DNA of 59,945 nucleotides, counting the filler, from Asterionella formosa (lineage: Eukaryota): the NCBI GenBank assembly GCA_002256025.1. It is 13 parts of 13 records of this genome, joined end to end, with 100 filler letters (N's around TTAATTAATTAA, not from the genome) between each part and the next. Parts side by side here need not be neighbours in the genome. Positions count along the whole stretch, not along the records: positions 32,380 to 36,895 come from NKIB01013482.1; positions 36,996 to 41,511 come from NKIB01013483.1; positions 41,612 to 46,125 come from NKIB01013484.1; 10 more parts are not named here. One strand, written 5' to 3'. A program made the translations under genes and the position numbers. The stretch's first letter is position 1; the number at the start of each line of letters is the position of its first letter. Under the pieces are notes generated by a model. That model saw only the letters and a program-made list of their open reading frames with translations. It ran no database searches and was not told the origin of the DNA. Shown in pieces: positions 32,759 through 44,219 of this stretch.

Positions 32759-33850
32759 TAGATCTAACGTTTTACTCAGCATACGTTAAAAAACTGATTG
32801 ATTATTCAAATATTTTGACATGTTGATGATAATTTTGATATATTAACGGCTGTGTCTGTATGATCAATCAAATTTGTATGTTAGGTTACTAGCATACTAC
32901 CGTATACTTCATTGTCCTGGACCCCCCTATGGTTGCTGGACCCCCTTGTACATTTTTCTCGACGTGGAAGCAAACACCCAATTATTTTCTTGTCATAGAC
33001 AAAGTAACATACTATAATTCTTTTTGTCCTCGTAGGCACTAGTATATAATTATTTAGCTCCCATTTTGCGATTCTTTTGTACATACAAAACACAAGAGAC
33101 GACAGGTAGTGGCTGCAAGCAGGTGGAATCCTTCATTATGTTGTCGCAACCTTGACCATGACAAATATACGAATTATCTGAATTATCTCCACGAAAATAG
33201 AGAACGACGCTTTGCTACTTGCTACCTGTATTAAGAACGACATGGAAAATACAATGGTAAAAGAAGTAAAGTAATAACACTAATAATGACAACGAAAATT
33301 GAGATCGCCGATAACAACATGAAGTCGAGTTTTTCTTGCGAAGTGAAGAACTCTCGCATTTTTCACAAGACGGAAATAATTTTCATATTAATACATCTTA
33401 GAAAAATGCGCGCTATCCTGTAGAACTAAAGAAATTAACTTAGGTCCATTATAAGGGAAATCTCTTCATTGTCCTGGGCCCCCCTACAGTAAATCAGTCA
33501 AATTCAGTCATGGCAGTGTACATTGGGGGGTCCAGGACAATGAAGTATACGGTACACATGTTAAGTTATGCGTATATGAGAACTCGTATATATTAGTTAC
33601 CAAATCTAATTGGTTAATCCAAATTCTTGATATATTGATCAAATATTGTGTTATGTTGATGATAATTTTGATATATCAATGACTGTGTTGGTGTGGTCAA
33701 TCAAATTTGTTTGTCAGATTATCTTCTTACACATGTCAGGTTACGCATAGATAGAAGTCACATATATTAGTTATCAAATTTAATATTCTTACCAAATGTT
33801 TTGATATATTGATACATTGTTTGATTGATCAATAGCTTTTGCTCTTTGAT
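32759..33850. repeat. AT-rich dispersed repeat, reverse complement of 42359-42779, split by a MITE
   Basis: 32759-32897 plus 33555-33850 align colinearly to the reverse complement of 42359-42779. Confidence 0.85.
32900..33552. mobile_element. 653-bp Tc1/mariner(pogo)-type MITE
   Basis: Perfect 28-bp TIRs CCGTATACTTCATTGTCCTGGACCCCCC / GGGGGGTCCAGGACAATGAAGTATACGG, TA on both sides, and an extra internal TIR copy near 33465. Confidence 0.9.
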
Positions 33851-35149
33851 CAATTATTGTTTTAGCGAAGGTTTTGACTTTACACAGATCACCTTACTTG
33901 TATGTAATCCTTGTACCTGACAATGCTATCAGAATGAATTCCGTGCAACAACGGTGCATTTCTTGTTGCCATTCCGATTTGAATGCTCTACCGGTACATG
34001 CTTTGATCCAATTCTTGTACAGGTAGTATTCGTCATTATCTCTCCATTCGCATATCATTAATCGAATTTCTTACAAGCCATGTGCATTTGTTGAATCCCT
34101 TACGAGCTACCTTCTTGCGGGGACGACGATGATCTCAGTCGCCGTATGACAAATGATATGGTCTCGATATTGATGGGGAATTATGCTGGCGAATTTTGAA
34201 TTGTTTGTCTGTTACTCGAAATCAAAAGCTTTGGTCAATTTATATGACAGAATTGGAGAACGATGCAATGAAAGCCATACCCGATTCCAATTCCCACCGA
34301 AATCAAGAAGATAATGCCTTTTGATCATAATTCGCCCATTGCAAACATCGATCCATATTTCGAATCTCTTCTTCAAGATGAGATGTGGATCAAAGTGAAG
34401 ATGGGCCAGATGGCGGCGCAGTTTAATGCTCATGGCCTTAATTAGCCATGTGTCTTCCATTCTCATTGACTAGCTATTGGCAAGCATGTTTGTATGCTGC
34501 AGAATTAGAGCCACAACATCACTAATCAGGAAGTAGCTTCATTTCATTCAGGAAATAGTAGCATCACATGAACCTTGAATAACAGGGGGTTCGAAATAAC
34601 AATCGTAACTTTGCTTAATAACATTGTACTATCCCATTGTTTAAAGAAATCTCTTTATCGGCAACATCAGAGGCACTATATAGGACAGCCTAACCCCATT
34701 TGTTGAAATTGCGTCCCGAAGCACTATATGCTTTCTTGTATCCTGTAAGGACACGTCAGGGACCAAATAGGCTGTAGATATAACAACGATGTCTCCGTGA
34801 TCGATTATAATCGTTCCTAAGAGTTTTAATAGAACTATGGGTTTTTACTGTTGGCGTAGATTGTTTTCGAATTCTCTGGTACCATATTCTTTCTTGATTC
34901 ATTCGATTCAATATGTAGAAGGTAATTTATACCGGGATTTTCTTTCCTAAAATATTTTCTCCAACACCATTGCCACAAACATAGTTTCCACAAAGTGATC
35001 ACTATATTTATATAGCTTTTATTTACGTAGTGTAGCTTGTCCCACACATATGTTCTCGCCACTCCGAAGAAGTGTAAAATATTGATGAGGGTAGTACCAG
35101 AACCATTATTCAATCAATAGCTGATTCCAATGTCGTAGAGCAACAATGG

Positions 35150-36737
35150 TTGTCGAAATGAGTCCAATGATACTGATAAACTTCTCCGTTTTGGGGGCGT
35201 TTCAAATGTTCCCTGTATTTTTATTAATATTGTTGGTGCTTGTATTGATACAGAAGAAAAGAGGAACAAGCTTCTGTGCACCATTACGGCTACATTTGAG
35301 AAGCATCGCCAAAATTGAGAAACTTTTTTCCCTGACAAGCCGATGGAATTAGTCATACCTGTTATTCCAAATAAAGATCACCGACGTCATGCATTCTCCG
35401 TTTTTGCATTGACAGAGGCAAGTGAAAACGAAATAGTTGATGCCTGTTCATCTTCTCCCAATACCATTCCAAAAAGTAAAGATCGTGTTGCTTGTATGCC
35501 CGTGGTGGATCTTGTTTCTACTTCCTCAGAGCGTCTAATTGAGTCTGTCGAACATGATAGACTTGATATAAAATCTCCCCCTTCCAAAGAAAAAGCAAAA
35601 TGTAAATCAAAGGCAACTCCAGACATGGTTGCCAATCTGGAAGAGGCAGTCCATGACTTGTCACCAAAGAGTTCCGAAATTGTAGGAGTGATTGGGAAAG
35701 TAAATAAAGAACAGGTCGAAGAGGAAAGTGATTTGTCCCATTTATCCAGTAAGGAGTTGGAAATATTCAAGCAGGACATGGTCGCCAGTCTGGATGTAAT
35801 TCATGACTACTTACCAAAGATTTCCGAAACTGTTGCAGTCACTGGGACAGTAATTGAGCAGCTTCAAGGAGATACGTGATTTATCCTGTAATGATAAATC
35901 ATTATTGAAATTATTTGATGAAGGAATTCATAAATATTTATGCGAAAGAGCGAGGAGAAGTGAAGAAACACATCAATTTCTTGTATCGAAAAAATCGATA
36001 AAGGGAAAGTTTGCAGCTGCTGTTTCGGGATATGGCGACAAATTGGAATGGGGATCCTCAATTTAAGGTGGGCGGTGGGGAAAGGCCCTCTGAAAAATTT
36101 TATAGCAAAACATTCAGATTCAAAGATTTCCAACCAACCAAGGATGGTGGATGGTCTTGTGTTCCCTTTACAATTGTGAAGTTTATGGAATTACTACTAC
36201 AACTACGATACAGTGGAGAAACTAATTTTATGGAGAAACAAAGTGAGTCATGTTTAACAAAGGATGGTTGGGATACATTTATGAAAATGAAATTTAAGGG
36301 TGAAAATCAAAATTGATGGTCATTTCCTGGTAATCCAGAAAATGACGTTGAAGATGCAGTTATGGTATATGTTCTCAACACCATTGTGGGTTCATGTTGT
36401 GACAAAGTTGCAGCAATGGAGTTCATTCCTGAATTCGAGTTATCTCCGATGTTAACTACAACTGAACTGACGTAGCTATCTTAGTAAAATGGTTCATCAT
36501 CCCGTAGAATCTTACCATTGGCACGGTAATAAAGAAACCTTGAAATTTGAAAAAGAATACGAACGTGCTTTCGTTGTTGCTGAGGGCATGCAGAAAGTGA
36601 GCAGGTATGCTGTTCTCCTGAATGACAGCCAGCATGATATACTATACAAATCTTTCAAGAGTTTCTTGAAATCTTCGGAAGAATCAGTGGATGATGACAG
36701 TTTATTTTCATCGTCAGTTTCTCAAAAAAAATCATAA
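35150..36737 (+). pseudogene. Decayed coding region of unknown function
   Basis: Chain of same-strand protein-like ORF fragments (35343-35879, 35854-36066, 36011-36316, 36489-36737) broken by stops and frameshifts; no motif recognised. Confidence 0.4.
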
Positions 36738-37110
36738 AGATAAGTAAACTATGAATTCGGAGGCAGTTGTTACCCCGTAAAAGTAATTTTGCTGGTACAC
36801 TGTAATTTTTCCCATTTCGACTTTCCCAATTCACTTCAACCCAATCAAACCAAGAATTTGATTGATGAAGACTCTTGCCCTGTTTTTTCCATTTTNNNNN
36901 NNNNNNNNNNNNNNNNNNNNNNNNNNNNNNNNNNNNNNNTTAATTAATTAANNNNNNNNNNNNNNNNNNNNNNNNNNNNNNNNNNNNNNNNNNNNAGAAA
37001 CTCGGCTTGGGTTGGGAGTCCTTCTGCGTTGTGTGTACCTGAAGAAGGTGATGAATAACAATTCGTAAATTGCAAGGGATGGGAGTTCAATGTAGGGAAG
37101 GATGGTTGGC

Positions 37111-38490
37111 TCATTCCGGAGCAAACCGAATTCCACCAGCCTTTGAACTACTATCTATTAGGCCAAGCTCTCTAGCACTTGTAACCCAATACTGTGTCTT
37201 CCCTCTACTTTTGTCGTTGTTCTTGAGTTCCGAGAAGGTGTCACGAACCGTTGGAGGTAGATTGCGACACTTGCGCAGGTGCACGCGTTGCCACGAAGTC
37301 ACAAGGCGGTAGAGTTCCGATATAGATTTGGGGTAAAAGACGGCCATTGGAGCCTCGCCATCAGACCCATGTAGCTTACGAGCTTGAGCACAGTGGATAC
37401 ATCGGAGACCCACGCGTCCACAAGAAGAACCAACAACGTAGTCCTTGACCTTGGGTCGTTCGGCTTTTGTGCTCATTGCTTTGGGTTCCACAACAAAGAG
37501 CTCCAGTAATTCTGACCGAAGAAAACAATGCATGGAGTTCAACTTGTTCTCGTCATCAGGGAGTGCGAGTCTGGTTGGCATAATACCATCTCGTATCATT
37601 TCAGCTTCGCGCTGAGGAGAATCGTCTCTCTTCTCGGTTTCAAGAGAAGGAGTTGGACTTCCCGTTGTCCGTAAGCCAAGTAAAATAGAAGCAGCATCAA
37701 GAGTAGCTTCTGTTTGTGGAACCGGAACAGGTTCTGCAGGAAGTAATTTGACATTCACCTCGGATTCTTGAGGCTTCTGGTTCATCGACAATGTTTGAAC
37801 TTGCACATTGTGAGCTCTGGATTCACGGAGCGGTCCTGGACCAGGATGCTGGCCCATGTGAGCTGACATGGTCATATTCGCTCCATGTGCTCGAGACCGC
37901 ATCGGACCGTGTAGCATAGACGGTATAGATCTCATTTGCATCTGTCGATTCATCATGGGTGGTCCCGCAGGTCGAGACTGAGGTCCTGACATGAGCCCGG
38001 GCATTGTACCGTGGTGAGGCGGCATCGAAGCGCCAGGATGTCTCATTTGGGGATGCATTCCTTGAGGATGCGGATGCATTTGGCGGTGCATGGGAGGAAA
38101 AGGAGTTCTTCGCATCATGTTGGCTGGATGAGGGAGTCCTTCAGGAGGAAAATGTGCTCCAATCGAAGGAGGAAAACGCTGCTTATTGTACGTCTGCATC
38201 TGCTGAGGCATATTTGAAGGCATCTGGTGAGGAGGCACTCGACCTTGGCCTGGAGCAGGGGCCATGGGCCGAGCTGGAGGAGGCATTACTGAAGGAAACT
38301 GTCGTCCTTGAACACTGGGAGGGCCATTTCTTAGGAAGCCTGAATGAGGGTGCGGAGGTCGATGGCTTGGCGCTGGGCCACGTGCTTGCCCTGACGAAGG
38401 CATTGTTGATATTTGAGGCCTTGCAGACTGGCGCATATCTGCGTTGCTCATTTTAGCACGAGAAGGGGGAACGAACCAGAGGGGAACCAT
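37111..38490 (-). CDS. Diatom-expanded family protein of unknown function (P/M/H-rich low-complexity N-terminus, C-terminal Cys/His domain)
   Basis: 459-aa ORF with LALPDDENKLNSMHCFLR...RVGLRCIHC...FYPKSISELY...WQRVHLRKC...YWVTSARELGL, a pattern I recognise from many diatom hypothetical proteins. Confidence 0.8.
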   Translation of the reverse strand: MVPLWFVPPSRAKMSNADMRQSARPQISTMPSSGQARGPAPSHRPPHPHSGFLRNGPPSVQGRQFPSVMPPPARPMAPAPGQGRVPPHQMPSNMPQQMQTYNKQRFPPSIGAHFPPEGLPHPANMMRRTPFPPMHRQMHPHPQGMHPQMRHPGASMPPHHGTMPGLMSGPQSRPAGPPMMNRQMQMRSIPSMLHGPMRSRAHGANMTMSAHMGQHPGPGPLRESRAHNVQVQTLSMNQKPQESEVNVKLLPAEPVPVPQTEATLDAASILLGLRTTGSPTPSLETEKRDDSPQREAEMIRDGIMPTRLALPDDENKLNSMHCFLRSELLELFVVEPKAMSTKAERPKVKDYVVGSSCGRVGLRCIHCAQARKLHGSDGEAPMAVFYPKSISELYRLVTSWQRVHLRKCRNLPPTVRDTFSELKNNDKSRGKTQYWVTSARELGLIDSSSKAGGIRFAPE

Positions 38491-39254
38491 AGCGAAGAGA
38501 TGAATGAGTCAATTGGTTTCAAAATAACTACCTTGGCAATCGTGAAAGGATTGATTTCAATGATATACCGGTGTACGGCTTGATTTTTATTGAAACCTTT
38601 GATCGTTGAGTGTTTGGAGTGCAAGCTTTGCTCGTCCTCGCCAGTTTTTACGCAAATGTACAGTATGGATATGCACGGCCAGCGTGACCTTGCCCTTAAG
38701 TAACTTCAATAGGTACATACAATGTTGTATAGTACATATCGCTTCGGTTGATACTTCTTAAGTAATCATACTGCTGACAGGCGTAATACTACCATTATCT
38801 AGAGTCATTTTCTTCAAACGGATGGAAGTTAGCCATAAAATTAGATAGCGATTACAATTTGAAGCCAGACAGGGGGGGATATCGTTTCAAGAAACACTGT
38901 ATCACCTTATGCGACGCTTGAAACCGACGAGGACGCAGCTATTTCGAGTTTCGCCACCTTGATAATATTCAAAAAACAGACACATACATATCATAGGTAG
39001 ATGCATACAGATAGGGCTTTTAATTAACTGGTACATATTTTACCTAGGTAGGGCTCGTGTAGACCTCGGCCAGAGCGAGGACGTACCGGTACCAACAACT
39101 TTTGAATCATGCTGCCTCGACTGCTTGAAATTATAGTGGCTGTTTAACATGTATGTACAAACCGACCACATTTTAATTAACGATGGAATCATCCATGCCG
39201 AGGGTGGAAATGTATTGTTAGTATGAACAAGACACAAAATCTGCTTGTGTTTAC

Positions 39255-39620
39255 CGGTAGTACAGTACCAGGTACCTGGTACCAGGTTCTACCAGTACCT
39301 GGTAACGGTATTGTACGTTGTACATGTGGTGTACGACTTGGATACCACTGGAACCAGGTACCAGCATATAAATAAACGGTACCTGGTATACTACAAGGTA
39401 CTGGTACGATTGTACCTGGTACCAGGCCTGTTCGAGCATACAGTATGCAACTGCCCCTGCAGTACCAGGTCCCGTGCATAAATCCGCACGCACATGCTTT
39501 AACAAGCCAACGGGCACCTACCTGGTACCAGGTACCGGTAATCAGAAGCGATGAGGATGGAAAAGTTCATTCTTTGGGTGCCTAAAGAAACACGGTACCA
39601 GGTACCTGGTACCAGGTACT
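39255..39620. repeat. Palindromic (T)ACCAGGTACCTGGT(A)-rich low-complexity repeat; related patches at about 45655-46125, 51030-51225 and 52525-52805
   Basis: Many interleaved ACCAGGT/ACCTGGT/GGTACC/ACCGGT units. Confidence 0.85.
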
Positions 39621-41089
39621 GGGTCGTTATGATAGTTTAGGAGTAGCTGTTGGAATGGTTATGGTAAAAGATGGTTCCTCATACTTGGGGTATCTGCTGT
39701 ATCCTTTCTCATGCATTCTAGCTTGGGTCTCCCAGTCAATTCCATTTTGCACATCCTAATGTTTGCAAAACTCGTTAATTCATCCAACAAATGTTCCAGT
39801 AAAACCAACCAGTAGTAATGTTTAGCTTATTGGGAGAGAGAGGGGCAGTAGCTGCTATGGGCACATTGATGTTATTTTGTGGTTAGGTTAATTGAATCTC
39901 AGGGTGCAGCGAATCATGACAGTTCAGGGGTATCATCTCTGTTGAAAATTTCTTTCCAACTTGTCACATTATTTGTAAGGGAATCGTTACATGCCATATG
40001 GCTCCTCATCAGTCCAACCACAATGTCAACCTTTTTCATTGTAATCAAGCTCTAGCCTGTGATCTGCTTTATGGTGCATAATTTGCACTATGCTTTTGTG
40101 ATGTTCATTTTAAAAAACAGTTTTGCTCACTACTTGTCTCCAATCTGCTGCCAGTAGCTTCTAGACTATGATAACAATGAACACCAATAAAGACTGTCCA
40201 ATTGTTGTCTGCAAATAAAAACCATCATATTCCTATGATGCATCATAAGATTATGATCATCTGATCATAATTTTTCGTTATATCATCTAATAATTTTGAT
40301 GAATGCCCTGGTAATTTAAATAGTAACCCTTTTGACTATGTGTATTTAATTATTATATGTATTGTTTCTATTAGATTTCTGTATTTGAATTTCTTGGTAG
40401 GATAATATACCAGCTAAAGTTATGTAATTTGGCTCGTCGTTTCCATCCATCATCACTCCGATTTTTGCAACAACAACAACGAAATACTAGCGATGACAAG
40501 TGGAATGATTGTCTGCGATAACGTCTTCAATTGTTGCTTGGTCAAGTGATCATTATATCTTTGAGTAATCGTCATGTGCAGTGAACCTATGTTCACAATC
40601 CTTGAATTAAGAGTGAACAGAGAAGAAATCATTCGAACTTGGAATGGTTTTGCACACAGCACTGTGCAAACAGTAAATCCGTTTTGTCGACCACCAGCAT
40701 TACAATCTCGCCAATCAAGCCGTAAACAAACACATTCTACTTGTTCTTGTTGACAATTTATTTTCAATTCTCACATGATAATACATCTACTAATGAGAAT
40801 CAGCATAGAAGTAGATACGAAAATGTAACAGGCTGCTATCCACATAGCTATAGTTAAAGAATGATTCTGATTACAATTCATTTTTCATATCGCTCGTTTC
40901 TGCATTTCGCAGGCTGTACTTGTTTTTCGTGTGCAAATAAAAACTATCATGAATATAGGATAAAGGGTATCGTACGCTAAGTGGCACAGGATGTTTACAT
41001 ATATGATAGTTTTTGGATCAAAAATATGATCAATGTATCATATAATTATGATCATGCAGTAAACTTGTACTGAGCTTGAAGTACGATCA

Positions 41090-41167
41090 TGATACTATCA
41101 TAGTTATAAAACCATTGATACTATCATAGTTATAAAACCATTGATACTATCATAGTTATAATACCAT
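41090..41167. repeat. Minisatellite, 3 x 26 bp (TGATACTATCATAGTTATAAAACCAT)
   Basis: Three head-to-tail copies, one substitution in the third. Confidence 0.95.
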
Positions 41168-41611
41168 TGCATCATATAATTAGTTAAACATGGGTCTATG
41201 ATGTGTATACTTTTGTCATACATCGATCTTAGCATGATCGTAATTCTCATCGATATCACTGTCTAAAGTAGGTTGAAATGGATCAAAACTAAGAACTGTA
41301 TTTAAGAATGGTAATATGTTTCTTTATCTTGAGTGTCTACAGAATGTTCTACAATGCTCTCATCGCAATGATTGGTGCTTTCACTTCCACCTTCCCCCCA
41401 ATCCAATTCTGAAGGTTGTTGCAGTAGTACTGGTTGCCTTGCCCTTGTTCCCCTGCTTTCTTTTTATTCCTGATGGATGTGAGTTTGCATTCACGCATTT
41501 TCCCAATACTANNNNNNNNNNNNNNNNNNNNNNNNNNNNNNNNNNNNNNNNNNNNTTAATTAATTAANNNNNNNNNNNNNNNNNNNNNNNNNNNNNNNNN
41601 NNNNNNNNNNN

Positions 41612-42013
41612 AATTGCAGAGCTTAGAATACTTAGCCATGAATCGTCAGCGAGAAGGGATCCAACAAAAATTCTCCTCTTGTGACCACCAGCAAGAGGAG
41701 TGGTTCCATAGCGATGGCACCGAAGTTTTACCGCATTCCAATTATCCCCATCAGCTGAAGTAAGGATTCTCTTGAATTGACTAGCAAGCAATCTAGTGGA
41801 GAGTGGCTCATCAGCGAGAACATTCAGAAGTTGAAGAAGGTTCGTTTGGTGTGCATCGCTCGACTTGTTCTGGCTCAAGCGAGTACTGAATTCATGGTCT
41901 GCCTCAATTCCGGCAATGATGGAGTGGGCATTATTTGAATTCAGGAGGAAACTGAGGCGTAAAATAGAAACAATGCAAATGCAAAAAAGGATCGGTTTGC
42001 TGTATTTGCACAT
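41612..42013 (-). CDS. N-terminus of a type II membrane protein, possibly glycosyltransferase family 17-like (3'-truncated)
   Basis: ATG, short signal anchor, stem region, then 'RCHRYG...KRRIFVGSLLADDSW'; runs into the linker. Confidence 0.5.
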
Positions 42014-42358
42014 TTTAGTACTATGTCCCCTTCAATTATGAGCAGGTCCTGCAATCAGGCCTGTAATAATTCTACAGTTTTTGTCATTGCAATATCAAAA
42101 GATGATAAGCAAAATTATAATATTACAAAGGATATTCTTCTACGATAGGAATGTACCGGTAGGCAGATGTAGTGTAGCATATCAAGTACGATGGTACATA
42201 CCGTACTGTAGTACAGTAGTGCATCACTACTAGTACATACATCACAGTACCATGTAGTAGTACAGAAGTACCACGGTTGTACAGCACTATCATCGTCGGG
42301 TACAAGGTTTACATACACATGAGGTGATCTGTGTAAAGTCATAACCTTCGCTGAAACA

Positions 42359-42779
42359 ATAATTGATCAAAGAGCAACAGCTATTGATCAATCAAACAAT
42401 GTATCAATATGTCAAGGCATTTGGTTAGCATATTAGTTTTGATAACTAATATATGTGACTTCTATCTATGCGAATCTGACAAACAAATTTGATTACCCAC
42501 ACCAACACGGTCATTGATACATCAAAATTATCATCAACATAACAAAACATTTGATCAATATATCAACAATTTCGGTTAACTGATTAGATTTGGTAACTAA
42601 TATAAACGAGTTCTTATATATGCATAACCTCCTAACATGTGTATGCTAAAAACCTAACGTACAAATTTTATTGATCATACAGACACTCCAATTGATACAT
42701 CAAAATTATCATCAACATGTCAAAATATTTGAATAATCAATAAGTTTTTAAACGTATGCTGAGTAAAAAGTTAGATCTA
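42359..42779. repeat. AT-rich dispersed repeat, uninterrupted copy
   Basis: Reverse complement of 32759-33850 without the MITE; contains internal sub-repeats (aaaattatcatcaacat twice). Confidence 0.85.
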
Positions 42780-44219
42780 CATCTAAGCCGTGTATTACAT
42801 GAAGTGACAATCGAGTAAATAAGCCTAGTTGATTTTGAATGGATCACATGAATTAGTTGAATGCATCAAAATGCTTACTTGAATATATCTATATATTATC
42901 TGAATATATCACGTTAATTATTTGATCAGAGTATCATGCATGCATTCCTGATCATCACTATATTACGTGATCACCTTCACATGATTATTTGAAATACTTC
43001 ACGTTATTATTTGAAATACTTCAATTAATTCTGTAATTTAGTTCACATTGACTTGTATTTTTGTTCACGTAATTCTATAATATAGTCCATTTCACAACAG
43101 GAGCATTATTTTTAATGCATCAGTGAGTTGCGGTGCTGCCTGATGGCTGGCTAATGCCGGTGTCTTGCTGTCAATTTGACTGCTCCATGAAACAGTTGAA
43201 TAGCACATGTGTGTGTTGCTTTCTGCTGTTGCTAGTTCTATTAAATTAATTACTGACACACTGTTCTTTTGTAAATCTTTGCAGGTCAATGAAGAAGTCA
43301 TTTCAAGGACAAGGAGGAAGCCAGTGTGATACATTCCTGTTGCGATTTCGCACCATGATGCCTGTTCAAGAATGAATAATTTTTTCATTCAGAATGAACG
43401 GTTTCTGTTTGTCTTGCATTGTCCTTGCTTGCTTACAGACGTCTCATAATGACTGCCTTCTCAAGACTGAAGATGCCATTCTGAAAGAACTGCTTTGTTT
43501 GATTGCACATCGAGATTTGTTTCCCATGTAATGTGAAATACCGGCAGTTGAATTAGAAATCGACATATTTGATAGTACTTTTAAATGACGTTAACAAAAC
43601 TACAGAATTACGTAAACAAATTTAATACATTACGTGAACTATACCATAGAATTACATTTTTTCATTCAGAATGAACGGTTTCTGTTTGTCTTGCATTGTC
43701 CTTACAGACGTCTCATAATAACTGCCTTCTCAAGACTGAAGATGCAATTCTGAAAGAACTGCTTTGTTTGATTGCATATCGAGATTTGTTTCCCATGTAA
43801 TGTGAAATACCGGTAGTTGAATTAGAAATCAACATATTTGATTGTACTTTTAAATGACATGAACAAAATTACAGAATTAGTACGTAAACAAATTTTATAC
43901 ATTACGTGAACTATATTATAGAATTAAGTGAACAAAATTATAAGGCAATGAGAACTAAATTACAGAATTAATTGAAGTATTTCAAATAATTACGTGAAGT
44001 ATTTCAAATAATCATGTGAAGGTGATCACGTAATATAGTGATGATCAGGAATGCATGCATGATACTCGTCTGATCAAATAATTAACGTGATATATTCAGA
44101 TAATATATAGTTATTTCCAAGTAAGCATTTTGATGTATTCAACTAATTCATGTGATCCATTCAAAATCAACTAGGCTTATTTAATTGATGGTCACTTCAC
44201 GTAATACGCGGCTTAGATG
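42780..44219. mobile_element. 1440-bp non-autonomous element with about 310-bp terminal inverted repeats and TA flanks
   Basis: TA|CATCTAAGCCG...CGGCTTAGATG|TA; 42780-43090 is the near reverse complement of 43905-44219; internal tandem duplication of about 280 bp (about 43380-43655 and 43656-43925). Confidence 0.88.

Noticed and set aside
41090..41167. CRISPR-like array (the 84-bp LRR units and the linkers were also considered)
   Set aside because: Units are head-to-tail without unique spacers, there are no cas genes and the context is eukaryotic.
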